NCBI RefSeq assembly: GCF_021246445.1
Contig: NZ_JAJQXW010000004.1
Location: 1-64,000, forward strand
Reading direction: 5' to 3'
DNA from: Rhabdothermincola salaria
GTDB lineage: Bacteria > Actinomycetota > Acidimicrobiia > Acidimicrobiales > Acidimicrobilacustridaceae
DNA: 64,000 nucleotides
Shown: one piece after another, positions 58,323-64,000 of the stretch
Layout of the letters: each line of letters opens with the position of its first letter
Position numbering within the stretch: the first letter of the stretch is position 1
Translations under genes and position numbers: made by a program
Notes under the pieces: model-generated
Databases searched by the model: none
The model's input: the letters and a program-made list of their open reading frames with translations, nothing else
Told to the model about the DNA's origin: nothing

Positions 58323-58344
58323 ACGCTACGCAGGGGGTGCGACA
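58323..58344 (-). promoter_or_regulatory. PafBC/RecA-NDp-like promoter
   Basis: TGTCGC-N10-TAGCGT, 8 nt before the aptamer. Confidence 0.6.
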
Positions 58345-58399
58345 ACGCCGTCTGTCCCTGGCCTCGTCACAACCGACCGGCCATGATGGGTTCTGCTCC

Positions 58400-59122
58400 A
58401 TGAATGAATCGGAGGGTGTCGTGCCCGAATCCCGACCCGACGGCGATCGGCCGCCCCAGATGACGCAGCGCTACACCCGAGCGTTCGACCAGGCGCGGGT
58501 GCTCCACGCCGACGACGTCCGCAAAGGCACCCAGCTCCCCTACCTCAGCCACGTGATGGCGGTGGCGGCGCTCGTGCTCGAGTACGGCGGAGATGAGGAG
58601 CAGGCGATCGCCGGGCTCCTCCACGACGCGGCCGAGGACAAGGGCGGCTGGATGAGGCTGGATGCCATCGAGGCGGAGTTCGGATGCGGCGTCGCCCGGA
58701 TCGTCGAGGCGGTCAGCGACTCGTTCACTGACGACAAGGCCACGAAACGCGACTGGGTGACAAGGAAGACGGAGTACATCGAGCACGCGAAGTCGCTCGA
58801 TGCCCGGGCCGCGCTGGTGTCCGCCGCCGACAAACTCCACAACCTCAACGCCATCCGCTCCGACCATCGCACCCTGGGCCCGGAGCTGTGGAAGCGCTTC
58901 AATCAGGCCGCCAAGAGGGACGGCACGCTCTGGTACTACCGGAGCCTGGTCGATGCCCTTGGCCCCACCCTCGAGGCCGAAGGCGGACGTTCCGAGGCGA
59001 TGGCGAGGGATCTCCGAGCTGCCGTGGTCGGGCTTCTGGCTGAGGTCGTCGCCCAGCCAGAGGAGTCAGTCACCCGAGAGAAGCTGGAAAAGGCGATCGA
59101 GAAGCCGCCGTTCACCAACTGA
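58400..59122 (+). CDS. HD-domain protein, small alarmone hydrolase (RelA/SpoT HD, Mesh1-like)
   Basis: H..DVRKG..PYLSH, AGLLHDAAED, ADKLHN, W.RF. Confidence 0.88.
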   Translation: MNESEGVVPESRPDGDRPPQMTQRYTRAFDQARVLHADDVRKGTQLPYLSHVMAVAALVLEYGGDEEQAIAGLLHDAAEDKGGWMRLDAIEAEFGCGVARIVEAVSDSFTDDKATKRDWVTRKTEYIEHAKSLDARAALVSAADKLHNLNAIRSDHRTLGPELWKRFNQAAKRDGTLWYYRSLVDALGPTLEAEGGRSEAMARDLRAAVVGLLAEVVAQPEESVTREKLEKAIEKPPFTN

Positions 59123-59137
59123 TCTCCTGCGGCGGAC

Positions 59138-59680
59138 GGGTCTGCTGCAGGTTCGGTTGACGGTAGTTGAGACTATTCAGGCCGCGTGAGCGACCTCGGT
59201 GGGTGTGAAGGCGAGCTCGAACTCGACCGGGGTGAGACGACCGAGGGCTCGTTGGCGGCGCCGGTGGTTGTAGGTGTGCTCGATCCAGGTCACGACGGCG
59301 TAGCGCAGCTCGGAGGGGGTGTCCCAGCGCTGGCGGTCCAGGACGTTCTCTTGGAGCAGCGAGAAGAACGATTCAATCGCAGCGTTGTCACCGGCCGAGG
59401 CGACGCGGCCCATCGATCCGGTGAGCCCGGCAGCGCCGAGCGCGGTCCGGAAGACTCGGGACCGAAGCGGTGGGGTGCTCGGTGATGTCAGTCAGCCAGA
59501 TCTGGTAGGGCCGCTCGGCGGTGAACTCGCGCTGGACGAGGTCATCGTGAACGGCCGGGCCGGGTCGGCCCTTGCCCCGCCGGCCTTTGCGGGTGGTGGT
59601 CGACCACAGCCGCTGGTCACGACACAGCCGCCACACCCGCCGTTCTCCGAGGTCGTGGCCTGCGGTCTCGAGCTCATCGG
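59138..59680 (-). mobile_element. Internally deleted IS3-family element remnant
   Basis: DNAAIESFFSLLQ, YNHRRRQRALGRLTPVEFE, DLVQREF..WLTDITEHPT; broken reading frames. Confidence 0.88.
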
Positions 59681-59683
59681 CAG

Positions 59684-59704
59684 AAAACCGGGTCAACTCC
59701 ACAC
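59684..59704 (-). mobile_element. Solo IS3-like terminus
   Basis: Reverse complement is GTGTGGAGTTGACCCGGTTTT; matches 52611-52630. Confidence 0.5.
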
Positions 59705-59756
59705 GGGGTCGTGGCTTGTGGTGTTTGTAGATTCCCCGTGTGGCCAAGAACGTCAG

Positions 59757-60050
59757 CTACTGGTTAGCCAACTGATCGACCCGTGAGCGGCTGATCGCCA
59801 AGGCGTAGGCGATCTCGCCCAGGCTCAAGTTGTTGGCTCGCAGCTCACGCACGGCGGCTCGTCGGTGGACGGCCACCGTGTCCTTCATCTCCTCGAGCTG
59901 ATCGAGCAGCCAGCCAGCGGCCAGAGCCCGAGCCTCAGGGTCGTCGGCGAGTGAGTTGAGCCAGCCCTCGAGTGGTCCGAGGGCGTTGGCCACCAGCTCA
60001 TTGTTCGTCACCTCACGAGGTGGGGACTTGCCGTTGTTGTTCCTGCTCAT
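59757..60050 (-). CDS. Small HTH protein, phage-like
   Basis: RRAAVRELR..SLGEIAYALAISRSRVDQL. Confidence 0.75.
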   Translation of the reverse strand: MSRNNNGKSPPREVTNNELVANALGPLEGWLNSLADDPEARALAAGWLLDQLEEMKDTVAVHRRAAVRELRANNLSLGEIAYALAISRSRVDQLANQ

Positions 60051-60280
60051 GACGCGTGCTCCTTGTTGAGCGTGTCGCAGCGGGTGATGGAGGCGGCCAG
60101 CTTGCCGACGACCTCCACCAACGAGGTGCTGTAGAAGGGTGGCCGAGGGAGCGTAAAGACGGCCCAGCCCTGGTCGGTCAGCGTGGGGACGTAGACCAGC
60201 GTGTCCTCGTCCTGTGAGCGGGCCCACTCCAGCAGGGAAGCGGGCATGTCGTCCATGGGGACGGGCTTTGCTCGTGCCAT
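60047..60280 (-). CDS. Small hypothetical protein, phage-like
   Basis: 77 aa; coupled by TAATG upstream and ATGA downstream. Confidence 0.6.
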   Translation of the reverse strand: MARAKPVPMDDMPASLLEWARSQDEDTLVYVPTLTDQGWAVFTLPRPPFYSTSLVEVVGKLAASITRCDTLNKEHAS

Positions 60281-60466
60281 TAGCGCACCTTTCTGATCTG
60301 GTCGGTGGCGACGTAGCGGAAGCCCCGCATGCCGCCTGGATCCTTCGTGCCGCCGTACACGGCCACCCAGGGGTCGCCCGTGTCCTTGCGTTCCACGTGG
60401 GCCATGAAGTGGTAGTGGCCACCTCGTTCGCCCTTGATCTTCACGTCGTCGCCCCTCGTGTAGATG
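60280..60466 (-). pseudogene. 5'-truncated small phage-type SH3-like gene (absent from the ORF track)
   Basis: YTRGDDVKIKGERGGHYHFMAHVERKDTGDPWVAVYGG..FRYV; no start codon upstream of this segment after the stop at 60568. Confidence 0.5.
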
Positions 60467-60567
60467 ACTAGGTGAGGCCGACGTCGCTCGTGGCGTGCTG
60501 GAGGAGGACTCGGCGCAATTCGAGGCGGACGAGCTCGTCGATCCCGACCTGGTCGAGCTGGGTTCGG

Positions 60568-62235
60568 CTATGGGAGCGCGAACTCGACTCCGGATGGTTC
60601 GGGCACGCCGAGGAGCTTGGCCAGCTTCTCCCGCGCTGAGCTCGACGGCGTGCCCACGGCCGTCTCCCAGATCGACACCGTCGCCTGGTCGACCCCCAGC
60701 CCATCGGCGACTGCCTGCTGAGTGAGGCCTCGCTCGAGACGAGCGGACCGGATGGCCGCGGCGTACTCGGGCGATGGTGAGGGCCGCTTCGCTCGGCCGG
60801 TGAACTCCTTCTCGTTGGACCGGATCGTCCACTGATCAGGGGCTGTGCGCATCAGGAGCGGCGAGAACTGCGTGAGCTGGGAAGCGGCTGCTTTAGACAT
60901 CCCGGCGCTGAGGAAGGCCTCGCAGAGATCACGGTAGGTACACCAGCCGCCTCGCAGCCGAATGGTCTCAATGGCGGTTCGCTCAGATTTCGAGAGCAGC
61001 TCCATGGGCTCAGCGGTCGCTGAGGTCACGAGGCCATCGGCCAGTTCAAACCGTGGGTGGTCGTCGAAGAATCGCTCGAGGACCGGAGTCGGCGGAAGCG
61101 GATCGAGTCGACGTTGGCCCACGACCCTGGTGAGGCCTCGCTCTATGGATTCGACCTTCATGGGTCCGCATGCGCCAAGGAGCTTGCGGGTGAAGTTGAC
61201 GAGAGTCGACTTCGTATCACTTGCAGTGGGGTCCCAAAACCAGTCCGCGTCGAGCCAGCGTACGGACCCGAGCGAGTCGAGCACCGATCGCAAGTCGTCG
61301 ACGTCCACAGCGCTGTCCCCGAGGTCAGTCAGCGATGCGAGCGCGAGCGGAGCCGGGGTGCGGCTTCGCCGGCGGACCAGCTCCAAGAGCTCGGCGTGGG
61401 CCCTTGCTTCGTCGACGGACGCGCCGACGACCCCATCAACGACCACTGGCAAGTCGACGAACTCGCAGATCTCACACGCGATCAGAAGGCCTTCGATCGA
61501 CACGTTCGTGAATCCGGCGTGAGCGAGAGTCTGCAGCATGATCGGTTCGGTGCTCGGGCACCGTTCCCAAATCACTTCCAGAGCCTGCTCCAGGAGGGGT
61601 ACGGGACCGGGACATGCCTTCAGAGCGTCCCGGACCGCGTTCTCCTTGAGCCGCGCGCTCTCCCGGGTCTTCTCCACGAGCCGGCCAGCCTCTTCGAGGG
61701 TGAGGCGCGTCGCAGTGTTCCAGCCGAGCCGGCCAAGCACCGGCTCGAGCCATCCTTCCTCGGCCGTGCGCGGTCGGGCAGCAACGATCCACGCCGCCAG
61801 CGCTTCGTCGAGAGCTTCTGGCTCAGAGAGCTCACCGGGTGCACCTTCCGCTGGCTCGGTCGTCTCAGACGTCCTCGATGACGGGCGGCGACCGGTCTCC
61901 TCGTCGGCGGCGTCGTCGATGACGCCTTGCGGGGCGACACGTGCGGCGCAGGCCACCATGAGTTGGGCAATCGAGGTGGTCTTTGGTAGCTGGCGTCCTT
62001 CCTCCCACCCCCGAATCGAGGTGACCGAGACGCCAGCGGCCACTGCGAGGTCATCGCGCGTGTAGCCAACAGCACGGCGGAGGGATCGGATCGCGATCCC
62101 GATCCGACGGGCCTGCACGGTGGGGTCGCCCCCGGCAGGGTCGACCGAGAACGGCATGAGGACGGTCGGTCCGGCGGATGGCACAGTTGACTCCACGTTC
62201 GTTGGGGACAGGCTTGACAGTGGTGGCAGGACCAT
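60568..62235 (-). CDS. Multi-HTH protein: N- and C-terminal XRE domains plus a central sigma-region-4-like HTH
   Basis: IRSLRRAVGYTRDDLAVAAGVS..WEEG; LTLEEAGRLVEKTRESAR; ARLERGLTQQAVADGLGV..WE. Confidence 0.8.
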   Translation of the reverse strand: MVLPPLSSLSPTNVESTVPSAGPTVLMPFSVDPAGGDPTVQARRIGIAIRSLRRAVGYTRDDLAVAAGVSVTSIRGWEEGRQLPKTTSIAQLMVACAARVAPQGVIDDAADEETGRRPSSRTSETTEPAEGAPGELSEPEALDEALAAWIVAARPRTAEEGWLEPVLGRLGWNTATRLTLEEAGRLVEKTRESARLKENAVRDALKACPGPVPLLEQALEVIWERCPSTEPIMLQTLAHAGFTNVSIEGLLIACEICEFVDLPVVVDGVVGASVDEARAHAELLELVRRRSRTPAPLALASLTDLGDSAVDVDDLRSVLDSLGSVRWLDADWFWDPTASDTKSTLVNFTRKLLGACGPMKVESIERGLTRVVGQRRLDPLPPTPVLERFFDDHPRFELADGLVTSATAEPMELLSKSERTAIETIRLRGGWCTYRDLCEAFLSAGMSKAAASQLTQFSPLLMRTAPDQWTIRSNEKEFTGRAKRPSPSPEYAAAIRSARLERGLTQQAVADGLGVDQATVSIWETAVGTPSSSAREKLAKLLGVPEPSGVEFALP

Positions 62236-62420
62236 AACCTCAGGCTGACTTCCCGAGCCGTCGGCCTGCGCTCGCGAGATGTCGCGGGTTAGACGTGGTT
62301 CGTTGGTCCTTCTGAAGCGGCCGGCGCACAGCCTCCTGCATGAGGGGCCCCATGGTGGGTCGAGTCGCACACCATGTCAGACGACCTTCCAGTTCCGGCA
62401 GAACCAATCTGCTCCGGTGC

Positions 62421-62446
62421 CGTCACATCTCGAGCTCCTCCTCGTC
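62421..62446 (+). promoter_or_regulatory. ECF-type promoter GTCACA-N15-CGTC
   Basis: Shares CGTCACATCTC and spacing with 63241-63266. Confidence 0.5.
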
Positions 62447-62553
62447 ATCAGGGCAGCTACCGCCGATCCGGTAGCCGACGCACCGGCGCTTGCGGCCGCG
62501 TCTCCGTCGTCGGTGCCCGCCAGGCGGGTACCGCATCCCACGAGAGGTTCCCG

Positions 62554-63174
62554 ATGACCGTTCGCTCCCCCAGCCCCACCCGACCACCACGGACCGTCGA
62601 TGCGGCCGAATGGCACCGACGCCCGGGCGAGGTGTGTGACTGGCTCGTCGTGTGCGGTGACCTGCACCATGATCCGGACAGCGCCGAGGCACAGCTCACC
62701 GCATGGGATCGCCTCGGTGTCACCCGCATCGTCGACGTCCGCAGCGAGTACAGCGACGAAGACCTCGTGGCGAGACTCGCCCCCCACCTCGCCTACCACC
62801 ACCTCGGGACGCACGACGACGGGACCGGTCAGCCCGACGAATGGTGGCAGGCAGGGCTCGACGTGCTGACCCAACGGACTCACGGCGACCGGCTGCTGGT
62901 CCACTGCCACATGGGGGTCAACCGGGGGCCCAGCATGGCCTTCCGCCTGATGCTCGCCGACGGGTGGGGTGTGGCCGCGGCACTCGACGCCATCCGAACG
63001 GCGCGACCGATCGCTGCGGTGCTCTACGCCGATTCGGCGTTGGCTCACCACGCCCGGTCGACCGGCATGGCGACCAGCGAGGTCCGCTCGGCCGTCGCGG
63101 AGCTCCTCGACTGGCAGGACCGGAACCCGGTGGACGTGGCGGGAGTAATCAGCCGCATTCGTCGGGCCAGCTGA
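62554..63174 (+). CDS. Dual-specificity/protein tyrosine phosphatase
   Basis: HCHMGVNRG CX5R loop; HDDG acid loop. Confidence 0.9.
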   Translation: MTVRSPSPTRPPRTVDAAEWHRRPGEVCDWLVVCGDLHHDPDSAEAQLTAWDRLGVTRIVDVRSEYSDEDLVARLAPHLAYHHLGTHDDGTGQPDEWWQAGLDVLTQRTHGDRLLVHCHMGVNRGPSMAFRLMLADGWGVAAALDAIRTARPIAAVLYADSALAHHARSTGMATSEVRSAVAELLDWQDRNPVDVAGVISRIRRAS

Positions 63175-63240
63175 CGACCGCACGGGATGGCCCGATCGCC
63201 CCACAGGACGCTGGCTTCGGGTCCCTGTCGCCCCTGTGCG

Positions 63241-63266
63241 CGTCACATCTCACGCCTAGCTCCGTT
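63241..63266 (+). promoter_or_regulatory. ECF-type promoter GTCACA-N15-CGTT
   Basis: Second copy of the motif, upstream of the sigma-like gene. Confidence 0.5.
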
Positions 63267-63307
63267 GCCCTCGGTGTCGGCCCGTCCGCCACCGAAGGGA
63301 GCCGCTG

Positions 63308-63997
63308 ATGGGGACAACGCACGAACCCTGCACCACGTCGATCCAGACGACCGTCTCGCAACGGCGCGCGCAGCGGCGCCGTCGAGAAGCCAGCCAGGCA
63401 CGTGAGCACTACGCCGGTGAGCTGCACGCCATCGCCGTCAGACGCCTCGCAGCCCGCAACGTCAGAGGTGACGACGCCCTCGACGTCGCCCAACGGATCG
63501 CTCTCGGATTCGCCGTCGATCCGGCGGGCGTCATGGGCGCCTATCCCCAGCCCGGCGCCTTCGTGGCCGTGTCGCTCGCCCAACGCCTGATCGATCACCG
63601 CAAGACCGACAGCCGCCAGCGTGGCCAGGGCTGGTCCCGACGTCGCAGCGACGGCTCCCACAGCTCCAGCCGCCAGGTGGTCGCCATCGTGGTGGCCGAT
63701 CCGGAGACCGGCGAAGAACGGGAGCGTCTCGAGGGTCGCCAGGTCCACGACGCCGTGGTGGCCGCCGCCCGGGCCGAGGATGCTCTGTTCGATCGTCTGG
63801 ACCTCGACCCGGTCATGGACGGGATGCCCGCCGAGGACCGATGGGCTCTGTTCCAGGTCGACGTCGTGGGCCGGGCAACCGGGGAGGTGGCCGCCGAGCT
63901 CGGTCACCGCCGGGAGTGGCTGAGCCGTCGGCTCACTGCCGTGCGCCGACGGCTCGCCGCAGACCTGACCGCCGCCGGGTACGTCAGCGCCGCCTGA
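63308..63997 (+). CDS. ECF-like RNA polymerase sigma factor
   Basis: DALDVAQ, RLIDHRK (region 2) and GEVAAELG..SRRL (region 4). Confidence 0.7.
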   Translation: MGTTHEPCTTSIQTTVSQRRAQRRRREASQAREHYAGELHAIAVRRLAARNVRGDDALDVAQRIALGFAVDPAGVMGAYPQPGAFVAVSLAQRLIDHRKTDSRQRGQGWSRRRSDGSHSSSRQVVAIVVADPETGEERERLEGRQVHDAVVAAARAEDALFDRLDLDPVMDGMPAEDRWALFQVDVVGRATGEVAAELGHRREWLSRRLTAVRRRLAADLTAAGYVSAA

Positions 63998-64000
63998 CCC

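Noticed and set aside
53975..58344. The three ~105-bp repeats as MITEs, REP elements or integron attC sites
   Set aside because: No terminal inverted repeats or target duplications. They always lie 5' of a start codon on one strand, with pairing-preserving changes typical of cis-regulatory RNA.
62455..62530. Run of GC-rich hairpins in the phosphatase leader as a riboswitch
   Set aside because: Single copy, no recognised aptamer motif, and hairpins are expected at this GC content.
1..64000. tRNA/rRNA genes or an integrase marking island borders
   Set aside because: None recognised by eye; tRNAscan-SE and a recombinase HMM scan would be needed to exclude them.

Overview
GC-rich actinobacterial DNA; gene content suggests Acidimicrobiia, but this is inferred. 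Bases 1-22 kb are a mosaic of secreted, redox and stress genes. They include a 517-bp direct repeat that duplicates a cytidine deaminase gene and three secreted proteins ending in a bare P-x-F-T-G motif. Bases 22-64 kb look like an accessory island with transposase remnants, two paralogous atypical response regulators that bracket cell-wall hydrolases and a tubulin-like/vWA/trypsin operon, a kinase-aldolase-channel-HAD operon, a phage-gene remnant and an ECF-like sigma module. The most striking signal is at 54.0-58.3 kb: four SAM-superfamily riboswitch-like RNAs (three SAM-IV-like copies with compensatory base changes, one compact SAM-I-like). Each sits on the ribosome-binding site of a gene unrelated to sulfur metabolism (two TY-Chap-like chaperones, two hypotheticals), and two lie directly behind a PafBC/RecA-NDp-type DNA-damage promoter motif. 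No rRNA, tRNA, CRISPR array or integrase was recognised. All assignments were made by eye from motifs; no database search was run.
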